Positions 8,218 through 17,177 of a stretch of DNA of 47,826 nucleotides are shown piece by piece. Position numbers and translations under genes: made by a program. The notes under the pieces were generated by a model, which was not told the DNA's origin, ran no database searches, and saw only the letters and a program-made list of their open reading frames with translations. This DNA comes from Candidatus Parcubacteria bacterium (GTDB lineage Bacteria > Patescibacteriota > Patescibacteriia > Patescibacteriales > UBA12075), in contig JAGLIO010000063.1 in NCBI GenBank assembly GCA_023142915.1, forward strand, positions 1 through 47,826, written 5' to 3'. Position 1 is the stretch's first letter. Each line of letters opens with the position of its first letter.

Positions 8218-10248
8218 TTATTCGTCTTTGTTTTCGCTGTTGTTCACTGATTTTTCAATTATGTCATCTGTAATTTTTTCATTTGGGGGCTCTATGTTGT
8301 CGTCGCACGGTGGTAGAGACGCGCCGCGGCGCGTCTCTACGGTTGCGGTTGTTTCATCATCAACGATTATTTCATTATCTGTTGTTTCTTCATCGTCAGA
8401 CACAGAATTGGATGTAAAATCAAAATCAGATGGTGTGTCAGGCGCTGGCTCAGGCGTGACAATATCTATTGTGGTGTCTGTTGGATTTGGGTCGGGATTG
8501 GATGTGGGATTAGAGGCTGTATCAGGATTAGACGTGGAATCAGACGCTGGATTAGACGCTGGATTAGACGCTGGGTCAGACGCATTGCAATGCGTCTCTA
8601 CGGTTTCCTCGTATTCATCCAAATCCGCGTTTTCGTCTAATTCAATATTTTCTTCATTTAAATCTTCGTCTGCTATTTCGGCTTCTTCCGGATCTTCGCC
8701 GACAGACGCGCCGCGGCGCGTCTCTACGGTATTCTCACCAACCAATTCAACTGACAAATCTAATAATTCACCGGAAGCGTTGTTGTTTTTGTCTGCCTCA
8801 TTGTATAATCCGAGCTTTTTTAACATCTCTAATTCTTTTTCTGTTAATAATCCATAATCAATCGGCGGACAATAATCCTTATCTGACTCATCGCTATTTT
8901 GTACCATGAAATTTTCAGGACCGACAGCGACAACTTTTATTCTGGCATTGCCTGAGGGAACATAATATGTAAAATCTTCCAAAAATAACGGCAGACGAAA
9001 AAAATAATAACCAGTGTTTGTTGTTGTGGCAATAAAGCACCAGGTTCTCCCGCTATTATTTGAATAATACAAGCTAATAGTTAATTCACTGTCAGCGCTT
9101 TCGTTTGTACTGCTTGCGCTCCAATAAATTTCCTCAGTATGTCCGATATACCAAACCTCGCCGCCATTCGGACTCAAAACTTCAACTGTAGGCAAAGACA
9201 AATCTTTCCAATCAGAAACCGCGTCCGTATCATATCCGCTTGGAACGCGCCCCAGCATATTACCTTCGGATGTGGTTGCCACGGCAGGATTCCAAATATT
9301 ACTATTATAATTATCCCAATTTTCATTTGGCTTACCCCAATTCATCTGATCAATAATATTTCCATAATTATCTTTTAAAATAAGCATATCAGCATCATTA
9401 GCCATTTCAAACTGACCGCCCAAAGCATTAATTGTTTGGATGTTATCGGGAATTTCCCAATATTTCCAAGTGCTTAAATCATGTGAAATTAAAATATAAG
9501 CGCCAGCTTCAATCGTAGTGCTTGCGTTTATTTTCGCGCACGTGTTATGATTGCATATTTCCCATTTTTTTATGCTAATATCTTTATCAGTCGGATTAAA
9601 AAGCTCTATCCATTCATTTTTATCTTCCCTGCCGTGCGCGTCATCAACATCATAATAAACTTTATTAATCACTAAATAATCGGCAATATTCTCCCATATT
9701 CCGCTCGTAACAATATTGGAAATTCTTTCCAAATCTGAAAATCCCTTTTTGCCTGTTTGTTCTCCGTCAAAAATAAAATCAAATTCGCAAACCTTACTCC
9801 AATAACCGTAATCATTACTATTTAAAACTACTGTGAATTCTAAAATATCAAGCGTGCTTGTTGCCAAATAAAGATTATTTAAACTAAAATTAGCAAGAGA
9901 GCTTGTTGATAATAAAACCCCGTTTTTTATAACCTCCAAATCCAAAACTTGGCACAAGCCATCGTTACCATTCACAAAATCAATTCCAATATCATAACGC
10001 AAATCCATATCGCTATCATTAATAACTCTGATTTCACGATACGCGTTTATGTCGGGAACAAGTTCAGGTAAAAAATCATTATCCGATTCCAAAGAAAAAT
10101 CCAAAGAAGAAGTAAAAAAAGAGCTTATTTTTGTTGTTTCACTGTCGTTAAAAAAAGCCTTAGCCTGAATTACAGCCCAAAATCCCAGACAATTAAGTCC
10201 GGCTATCAATATTATTGCAATAAATTTTGATAGGGTTTTTTTATGCAT
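8218..10248 (-). CDS. SipW-type signal/TasA-like domain + lamin-tail domain + Ig-like domain + acidic low-complexity tail (likely start ATG 10248; track gives 10275)
   Basis: AKAFFNDSET..SSFFTSSLDF; YLVINKVYYD...EWIELFNPT; PTVEVLSPNGGEVW; D/E/S/N/P-rich C-terminus. Confidence 0.8.
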   Translation of the reverse strand: MHKKTLSKFIAIILIAGLNCLGFWAVIQAKAFFNDSETTKISSFFTSSLDFSLESDNDFLPELVPDINAYREIRVINDSDMDLRYDIGIDFVNGNDGLCQVLDLEVIKNGVLLSTSSLANFSLNNLYLATSTLDILEFTVVLNSNDYGYWSKVCEFDFIFDGEQTGKKGFSDLERISNIVTSGIWENIADYLVINKVYYDVDDAHGREDKNEWIELFNPTDKDISIKKWEICNHNTCAKINASTTIEAGAYILISHDLSTWKYWEIPDNIQTINALGGQFEMANDADMLILKDNYGNIIDQMNWGKPNENWDNYNSNIWNPAVATTSEGNMLGRVPSGYDTDAVSDWKDLSLPTVEVLSPNGGEVWYIGHTEEIYWSASSTNESADSELTISLYYSNNSGRTWCFIATTTNTGYYFFRLPLFLEDFTYYVPSGNARIKVVAVGPENFMVQNSDESDKDYCPPIDYGLLTEKELEMLKKLGLYNEADKNNNASGELLDLSVELVGENTVETRRGASVGEDPEEAEIADEDLNEENIELDENADLDEYEETVETHCNASDPASNPASNPASDSTSNPDTASNPTSNPDPNPTDTTIDIVTPEPAPDTPSDFDFTSNSVSDDEETTDNEIIVDDETTATVETRRGASLPPCDDNIEPPNEKITDDIIEKSVNNSENKDE
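8313..8340. repeat. REP-like palindrome, copy 2 (in frame, VETRRGASL)
   Basis: GTAGAGACGCGCCGCGGCGCGTCTCTAC. Confidence 0.92.
8490..8583. repeat. Imperfect 12-bp tandem repeat encoding ASNP/ASDP/TSNP
   Basis: AGACGCTGGATT units; protein ASDPASNPASNPASDSTSNPDTASNPTSNPDP. Confidence 0.8.
8578..8601. repeat. REP-like palindrome, copy 3, variant core (in frame, VETHCNAS)
   Basis: AGACGCATTGCAATGCGTCTCTAC: same arms, different self-complementary centre. Confidence 0.85.
8704..8727. repeat. REP-like palindrome, copy 4 (in frame, VETRRGASV)
   Basis: AGACGCGCCGCGGCGCGTCTCTAC. Confidence 0.9.
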
Positions 10249-10261
10249 AGCGCATATGTAT

Positions 10262-10540
10262 TTAATTAATCTCAACCTCCATCACCAAACTCTCAATCGG
10301 CAGACTCCCAACATTTTCAAATTCCAACTCCCCTTCCACTTCGTCGCCAGGCAGCCAATTTTCAGCTGTCCAAACCGCGTTAGCAGGTTCGTTTATGACT
10401 AAATCCAATGTCCCTGCCTCAAAAACATTATTTTCCGACACTTCCGTATCTTGAAAAAAAGCGGTTGTGTAGCTGATTGAAGCGATTACAGCGCTTACGG
10501 CGATTATTACTGTTAAACTTTTTATGATTTTGATGTTCAT
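10262..10540 (-). CDS. 92-aa SipW-dependent protein, N-terminal half of a TasA/camelysin-like domain only
   Basis: YTTAFFQDTEVSENNVFEAGTLDL...NWLPGDEVEGELEFENVGSLPI, then stops. Confidence 0.85.
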   Translation of the reverse strand: MNIKIIKSLTVIIAVSAVIASISYTTAFFQDTEVSENNVFEAGTLDLVINEPANAVWTAENWLPGDEVEGELEFENVGSLPIESLVMEVEIN

Positions 10541-10561
10541 ATATTTTTTATCTTTAAAAAA

Positions 10562-13500
10562 TTATTTAGCTAAAAATTTAAAATTAACATTAATACTTTT
10601 ACCTTGATATTCATTTCCGGCTGATTCTAAAAATTTGAATTTCATTTTTAGTTTTTTCTTTTGGGCTGGATTTAATACGCCGTCTGTTGTGTAATCTTCC
10701 AAATCCACTGATGATTCTTTTAGTTCGGAAAGAAGTAATGGGGCTATGCCATCGCCGGTGTCTGCTGTGACTGCGGTTAGAATGTCTTCTTCGCCGTATT
10801 CTAGTTTTGTGATGGCAATTTGGGTTTCTAGATTTGCGCCCATGTCAAGGGTGTTGCCTGTTGTGAATGTTTCTTCTGGTTCACCGTCGCCATCTTCATC
10901 TATCTCCACTGTAACACCTTCCCCACCTTGTGAGAGGGCTTGCCAGTCTATTGAGTATTGGTGTACTTCGTCGGGGGTTGTTGGAATATGGGCGGCATTG
11001 AAGGTGGTTTCTTCGCCGTTTATAACTGAAGTAACAGTGAGTCCATATATTCCATTGCTTGTTCCGACTATTTTTGGTGTATAGCCTTCTTCTGGAAATA
11101 ATATCAGCGCCCTCTCTGTCTCTTCGTCATACATAGAATTTGGAATATTTTCAACTATTTGACCATTAACTATACCGGTCACGTTCCCATCTACATCTTG
11201 TATTTGCATGTCGACAGGACTATGAACTTCATATTCAACATAATTAGTTAACACTTTTTCTAATTCTTTGACTAAATTATCCTGTGAGTTTGGATAAAAA
11301 TTCTTTAACCAACTTCCAACTCCAGACATATACGCCTTTTCGCCATTATATCTCCAAACAGCGCTAGCAACATCTCTTGCCTTATTAGCTGTTTCCGAAA
11401 AACCACTATCATAAGGTGCATTATTATCTAAGCCGTATTTAGTATTAAGATGATATAACATGTCTTTAAGATTTGCTTCTACACCCTGTCTAGTATTGGT
11501 ATATATTTTACAAGAGCATCCATCCACAATCTCTTCTTTACATGTTCCATAAGTCATACCGTCCGATTTGCTTGGATACTTATACTTATAAACAGATTTC
11601 CATCTATTATCTTCATATTCTTTCATGTTGCAATAGTAGCCATCTCTATAAAGAGTGTGATAAAGCTCGCCTGGCTGCCGAAAACAATCTTTTATAAAAT
11701 CTTCTGGCAACAAATAATCTGTAAGACCTACCTTGTCATATGGCATATACCCTGTTTCTATATCTTTTCCACAATAGCATCCGACTCCGCCACCTTTGCT
11801 TATGCTACTATTATCAGTTAATTGTCCTAATCCGCGACCACAATCAAAGGATATATTTGTGTTATCTCCTTCTGTCCATTCTTTTTTTACCATTGCCCTT
11901 AGCAACTCAAATGGAAATTTATGTTTATTCAAAGAACTACTGGAAATTTCTCGCATTATTTCATTTTCTTCTTCATCTTTGTAACGATAATCTATCATTT
12001 TGTTTTCCCAATCTATTTGTTGATTATCATTAAAACTCAAACCATCAGATTTCATCCAGCCGATTAAATCATCTGTTTTATCTTCCACTTCCCACCAGAT
12101 AGAGCCATCTGGTGATATTTCTAAATTGTTATGAGTATTTGTTGCTTTTAATATCCAACCATCTGGCACGACTTTTAGTCTTTCGTTAATGTCGTTTTCT
12201 CCTTTAAATTTTTCCGAATAAATTATTTGTGAACCAACCACTTTTACAAATTTTCCATTTGACGGCATATTGATTATAGTAACGTTTTCCTCTCTATTAT
12301 CTTTGCTATCATATGAACTTTGATTATCTGCATCTCCATCCGTATGACATCCAGGGTCGTCTTCATCTGTAAATCCATCCCCATCATTATCAACTTCATC
12401 ATTACACTGAGTCTTTGCAACAGTTGTGCAAGCGCTTATATCAATCAAACACACATCACTACAGCTCAAACTCCCACCATCAAAATCAAAAGACTCACAA
12501 TTTTGCCCGTCAAAATTAGTTCCATCACACTCTTCTGTGTCAGTTATTTCGCCATCACCGCAATACGAACCAATAATTGTAATAAGCTGACATTCATTTG
12601 AGCAGTATTCACAAGTTCCGTCATATCCTGCATGACAAATATATCCATTCTCGCCATTCCAATCACACTCCTCACCTTCATCTACAATATCATCTCCGCA
12701 AAAAGCATCAGTGCATTTGTAATTAAAACATCTATCATTCTGGCAATCACTATCTATTTCACAAGTATCGCCAATTGGACACTTATTGCAAATACTGCCT
12801 CCGCAATCATCGTCTGTCTCGTCTTGGTTTTTAATACCATCAGAACAAGTCTCTTCCACGGAACAACCTTCATCAACAACACCATCACAATCATTATCAA
12901 GATTATCATTACATATTTCAGACACCGGATTTACAGACCCGATACAATTACCCCAATTTCCTCCGATACATGTCTGTGTGCCATACGAACATAAACCAAC
13001 ATCTGTTTGACCGCATGATCTAACGGCGCCGTTTAAACAATCGCAATTTTCGTCAACAATATTATTACAATTGTTGTCAAATCCGTCACAATATTCAAAA
13101 GCGCCCAGGTGTATTGCCGAATCAGTATCATCGCAATCCCGTCCTAAAATAGTAAAATAAAAATAATTCGGATTGGTAGCTCCATAACATAAAGATACCG
13201 AGTTTTCAGGCAAAGAATATCCATCGCCGTCATAATCATAATAAAAATCACCAAGCCGCCATATACTGCTGTTGTTGTCATTACAATCAACATCTGAACA
13301 TACTCCATCGTTATCTGCATCAACACAAATAGGACCGCATATATTACTTGGGATATTTACAGTAACTGTATTTGAATTAACGTTACCACTCGGAAGTAAG
13401 GCTCTAATGTAGTAGCTATAACTATTTCCAGCGATTAAATTTAGGTTATTATAAAAAAAAGAATCTAAGGATGTATTTGTGTAAGGATAACCGTTGCGAT

Positions 13501-14221
13501 AAACCTCGTACTTTGTGGCGCCGGGATAATCATTCCAATCAAGCATAATTGCTGGAGCGTCGTAATATTCATGATCACAAACAGGAGGTTGATGAGATAA
13601 AAGAAGTTCTACTGGCTCATCTACTACTGTGACTTTGATACTCACGTCATCAAGTTTAAATGACGTAAACACAGTATCATCTAAAGTACTATGAAACTTA
13701 ATTTGAACACTGTTGCCATCTTTTCCGCTTAGATCAATTTGTTTTGTAGAAAGCTCATAGCAACTTCCACCGGCGCACGAATGTTTGTTTAAATTACTAA
13801 GGTTTCTGATTGGATATGATTCCCCTGTGGTTAAATTTTCTAACGTTACATCTAGTTCATCGTAAGGTTGCGTAGTCGCTTCGTCAGAGTAAATATTAAA
13901 ATAAAATGAAATCGTCGCTAACTCTGCCCCAGAAGGCACAGTCATTACTTGAGACAGAAGGTCTTGTTTTCCGTTTATTTCACCCAATACGGCATAATAT
14001 GATCCCCAGTGCGGGAATAAGCCTGACGTTATAACTGCGCCAGACAAATCCCAGTCACCATTATCACCACTTTCAAATCCACCATTTAAAACAATGTTTT
14101 GATCTGCAGCAAATGCTGTTTGTGTTATTAGCAGTGCTGAACAAGAAATAATAAATGAAAAACAAACCAAAAAAACACTAATTTTTAAACTTTTAAAGTT
14201 CCTCCTTTTTATTAAATTCAT
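10562..14221 (-). CDS. 1219-aa secreted multidomain protein: CBM-like, FN3, MopE-like/Cys-rich repeats, SH3-like, lytic transglycosylase-like, SPVD domain, C-terminal half TasA-like domain
   Basis: VLNGGFESG; DCDDTDSAIHLGAFEYCDGFDNNC; CGDGEITDTEECDG; IWWEVED..IGWMKS; PFELLRAMVKKE..GRGLGQ..AVWRYNG; HSPVDMQIQDVDG; ESAGNEYQGKSINVNFKF. Confidence 0.8.
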   Translation of the reverse strand: MNLIKRRNFKSLKISVFLVCFSFIISCSALLITQTAFAADQNIVLNGGFESGDNGDWDLSGAVITSGLFPHWGSYYAVLGEINGKQDLLSQVMTVPSGAELATISFYFNIYSDEATTQPYDELDVTLENLTTGESYPIRNLSNLNKHSCAGGSCYELSTKQIDLSGKDGNSVQIKFHSTLDDTVFTSFKLDDVSIKVTVVDEPVELLLSHQPPVCDHEYYDAPAIMLDWNDYPGATKYEVYRNGYPYTNTSLDSFFYNNLNLIAGNSYSYYIRALLPSGNVNSNTVTVNIPSNICGPICVDADNDGVCSDVDCNDNNSSIWRLGDFYYDYDGDGYSLPENSVSLCYGATNPNYFYFTILGRDCDDTDSAIHLGAFEYCDGFDNNCNNIVDENCDCLNGAVRSCGQTDVGLCSYGTQTCIGGNWGNCIGSVNPVSEICNDNLDNDCDGVVDEGCSVEETCSDGIKNQDETDDDCGGSICNKCPIGDTCEIDSDCQNDRCFNYKCTDAFCGDDIVDEGEECDWNGENGYICHAGYDGTCEYCSNECQLITIIGSYCGDGEITDTEECDGTNFDGQNCESFDFDGGSLSCSDVCLIDISACTTVAKTQCNDEVDNDGDGFTDEDDPGCHTDGDADNQSSYDSKDNREENVTIINMPSNGKFVKVVGSQIIYSEKFKGENDINERLKVVPDGWILKATNTHNNLEISPDGSIWWEVEDKTDDLIGWMKSDGLSFNDNQQIDWENKMIDYRYKDEEENEIMREISSSSLNKHKFPFELLRAMVKKEWTEGDNTNISFDCGRGLGQLTDNSSISKGGGVGCYCGKDIETGYMPYDKVGLTDYLLPEDFIKDCFRQPGELYHTLYRDGYYCNMKEYEDNRWKSVYKYKYPSKSDGMTYGTCKEEIVDGCSCKIYTNTRQGVEANLKDMLYHLNTKYGLDNNAPYDSGFSETANKARDVASAVWRYNGEKAYMSGVGSWLKNFYPNSQDNLVKELEKVLTNYVEYEVHSPVDMQIQDVDGNVTGIVNGQIVENIPNSMYDEETERALILFPEEGYTPKIVGTSNGIYGLTVTSVINGEETTFNAAHIPTTPDEVHQYSIDWQALSQGGEGVTVEIDEDGDGEPEETFTTGNTLDMGANLETQIAITKLEYGEEDILTAVTADTGDGIAPLLLSELKESSVDLEDYTTDGVLNPAQKKKLKMKFKFLESAGNEYQGKSINVNFKFLAK

Positions 14222-14306
14222 AAATTGTTGATTTTAAAAATAATTATTTAAATTAATATAAAATATTTTATGTTTGTTTTGATTTTATTGATTTACCGCG
14301 CGCGGT

Positions 14307-14334
14307 GTAGAGACGCGCCGCGGCGCGTCTCTAC
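14307..14334. repeat. REP-like palindrome, copy 5 (overlaps the sipW stop)
   Basis: GTAGAGACGCGCCGCGGCGCGTCTCTAC preceded by ACCGCGCGCGGT. Confidence 0.92.
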
Positions 14335-14843
14335 GGTGGTAATTTCCTAATCCTCCGAACCTCCACCCAAATCTTCTTCCCCTCATCCAAAATAATAATC
14401 AAAGCCGGGATGCCAATAATCAAAATAAAACCCCAAGGCTTTTTTGCAGTGGCAACGGCATATCCCACAAACGGAACGGAAAATAAAACTTTTCCAATAA
14501 TTTCATGCTCTTTTATTTTTTTCGCATCTTCGGAATTATTTGCGTCTCCTTTTGTAGTATATGTTTTTACGCCGTTATCATTTATTATTTCTTGTATTCT
14601 GTGCGTGGTTGGCGTTTTCCCTTTGCTTTCCGCTCCAAAAGTAATAACATCGCCTGCTTTATATTCCTTAACCGGTTTAATCACAACAATACTTCCGGTT
14701 TTAATTGCCGGCTGCATTGATCCTGATTGCACGATTTTTACTTTAAAATTACCTGTAATGGGAAACATTGTGGCAATCAATAAAATCGCGATAATGCCGA
14801 TGCAAACAAAAAATATATTGCTGGATATTTTAAATAACTTCAT
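14331..14843 (-). CDS. sipW: Signal peptidase I, SipW/ER (S26B) type
   Basis: N-terminal TM, VQSGSMQPAIKTG (Ser), PTTHRI (His), TKGDANN..D, C-terminal TM. Confidence 0.93.
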   Translation of the reverse strand: MKLFKISSNIFFVCIGIIAILLIATMFPITGNFKVKIVQSGSMQPAIKTGSIVVIKPVKEYKAGDVITFGAESKGKTPTTHRIQEIINDNGVKTYTTKGDANNSEDAKKIKEHEIIGKVLFSVPFVGYAVATAKKPWGFILIIGIPALIIILDEGKKIWVEVRRIRKLPP

Positions 14844-14861
14844 AAATAAGAGCTATTTATT

Positions 14862-17105
14862 TTAATTTATAACAAAATTAATATCACCAGACATAACCGA
14901 TGCCCAATTTCCTTGATGAAAACTCTCTTCAGTCAAAACCATTTCTAAATCATAAGTTCCTGCTGTAAGACCCAGTCCATTGCATCCGCCTCTGCCAGGT
15001 TCCGGCTGTCCGCTTGATCTATATTCAGGGCAAAATAATACACTTGGATTAAATGAGTCAAGATTTTGAAGATAATCATTGCTTGTGCTTGAGCTGCATT
15101 CTTCGTAAAGAGTACCACAGTACAAAACATGATAACTTGAATCACTTGATAAAATAATATCATCAGCGTAAATATTTCCAGAGGCATCAGCGGTAAAATA
15201 ATCAAACACTAGATAGCCGACTATGCATTCCTTATTAGGATCAATATCTGATAATAATTTATTTGCCTCATACTGCGCGTCAGTTCTGTTTCTTGCGTTA
15301 GCATCTCCTACGCAAGTAGCGCCGCTAACACATGTCCATCTGCCTTTATAACCTACATATTCATTGGCTAAATCATCAGTGCCGCCGTTACAAACCGGCT
15401 TGCCTTCCAATTTCACTTGATAAGTGGCATAAGGTTTTAATCCTGAAGCAACCATGCTGCCTGTTAATTTTCCGCTTACAGGACCTGGATTAACATAAGT
15501 AAAAGCCGCGCTAGCATTGTAATAATCATGATAATAGCCATACTGAGTGCTTTCTGCCAAGTCGTTTAATTGGATTGTTTGAAAGCCAGTACAAACTCCG
15601 GCACAATCTAAATCAGTACAATCAACAAATCCATCACAATCATCGTCTAAACCGTTATCGCAAACCTCAGGAGCTTCCGGATTTACTAAAGGATTATTGT
15701 CGTTGCAATCCCTGCCTAATGTTGTTTCTGTGTATCCATCTGGAATTTCATCTCCACAACAAACTGCCATCATTCCATCATCCCTGCGATTTGCTCCATC
15801 CCCATAGTATCCGTCATCATCGCCGTCGTAATAATAAATGCCTACGCGCCAAGAATTAGGATTATTTATATCATTACAATCGCTATGTCCTAAAAATCCA
15901 TCTTCACCTTCACATCCGCTTGCCTCTGCGTAATATCCATCCCCGTCATTGTCCGTGCAATTCGGATTATCGCTTCCATTTTCATCTTCATAATCGCAGT
16001 TTAATTCTTCATTCGGCTTGTCTCCCTGTTTGTAATTTATTAGTCCTGGCCAGTTGTCAAAAATCCAATCTGAATTGTCTGGGCTCCAACTAACTAACTT
16101 ATGATTTAAAATATCATATTTAATACAAGGTAATAGCCAAATTTTAGCGCCGTTTGGATAATTTTCATCGTCAATATTCGGCAAATCAGTATTAATATTT
16201 TTATTATCAATTAAAGAAAGCTTTCCATCGCTATCCGGTGTTCCTTGATCAATTAAAAATCCTGTTTGTCCTGTCGTTCCGCTTCCTTCGCTGCTCCAAG
16301 GATCTGCATAATAAATTAAGCAATATTCCGTACTCGGATTAAGCCCAACGCCTAAAAAATCATAATTAAAAGTCGGCGCCATATAATCATATTTTAAAAT
16401 ACCCATTGTTTCGTCTGCTGTTGCAGTCCAAGTGTTATTGTTATATTTATTATCCATAAAAGATATCTGTTGTAACGGCTCTGGCGCGCTTACTTGACGC
16501 GCCTCAATTTCAATCACAAACGTCATTTTATCGCTTTGCGCCCAATTTTCAGTATCTTCACGCATATAATATCTTTGTATAACATTGACTGATTCGTCTG
16601 GTTGTAAAATTCCATCGCCATTGTTTTGTTCAAACGGCTGGTCTAGTTTTACCAAGCCCATATAATTGTCTTTAACATGGTTCATTGTAATTCCGGCTTC
16701 CTTAGAAATAGCCAACTTACCGTCAACATACATTTCATAAATAATCGCGGAATCAATATCGTTTTTCGGATTACCGCTATTATTTTCATCATACCATTCC
16801 TGCTCAGGTTCAATTATTCCATTGTCATCATACTCAACACATTTAATGATTTTCCATAATTTTAATGGGTTTAATCCTTCGTTTGTGATTTCAAATTCAA
16901 TTTCAAAATCTTTGCCAGGCTTAATGTCATCCCAAACAAAATTTCGCGACCATGGATTTTCACCGTCTATGGAAATATGAATAGTTCCCGCGGTAAATGT
17001 ATTGCCGGTTGAAATTTCCGTGTCGCTAAAAAATGATATTGTTCCTCCTGCTACCAACGCCGACATTGCGCCAATAACCAATATGCTTAATAAAATTTTT
17101 CGCAT
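14862..17105 (-). CDS. SipW-dependent TasA-like protein with extra domains and MopE-like Cys/Asp repeats
   Basis: GGTISFFSDTEISTGNTFTAGTIHI; IKPG; ENWAQSDKMTF; DCNDNNPLVNPEAPEVCDNGLDDDCDG. Confidence 0.88.
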   Translation of the reverse strand: MRKILLSILVIGAMSALVAGGTISFFSDTEISTGNTFTAGTIHISIDGENPWSRNFVWDDIKPGKDFEIEFEITNEGLNPLKLWKIIKCVEYDDNGIIEPEQEWYDENNSGNPKNDIDSAIIYEMYVDGKLAISKEAGITMNHVKDNYMGLVKLDQPFEQNNGDGILQPDESVNVIQRYYMREDTENWAQSDKMTFVIEIEARQVSAPEPLQQISFMDNKYNNNTWTATADETMGILKYDYMAPTFNYDFLGVGLNPSTEYCLIYYADPWSSEGSGTTGQTGFLIDQGTPDSDGKLSLIDNKNINTDLPNIDDENYPNGAKIWLLPCIKYDILNHKLVSWSPDNSDWIFDNWPGLINYKQGDKPNEELNCDYEDENGSDNPNCTDNDGDGYYAEASGCEGEDGFLGHSDCNDINNPNSWRVGIYYYDGDDDGYYGDGANRRDDGMMAVCCGDEIPDGYTETTLGRDCNDNNPLVNPEAPEVCDNGLDDDCDGFVDCTDLDCAGVCTGFQTIQLNDLAESTQYGYYHDYYNASAAFTYVNPGPVSGKLTGSMVASGLKPYATYQVKLEGKPVCNGGTDDLANEYVGYKGRWTCVSGATCVGDANARNRTDAQYEANKLLSDIDPNKECIVGYLVFDYFTADASGNIYADDIILSSDSSYHVLYCGTLYEECSSSTSNDYLQNLDSFNPSVLFCPEYRSSGQPEPGRGGCNGLGLTAGTYDLEMVLTEESFHQGNWASVMSGDINFVIN

Positions 17106-17177
17106 AAATTTTTTGTTATTTAATTTTTAAATATATAAATCATTTTTATTGTTTTTGTCTAATTCCCAGCGCATTTT

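Noticed and set aside
10262-10561. The 92-aa ORF as a frameshifted piece of a neighbouring gene
   Set aside because: It has its own ATG and complete signal peptide, the upstream gene ends in a clean stop 21 nt earlier, and the downstream gene has its own signal peptide and TasA-type N-terminus.
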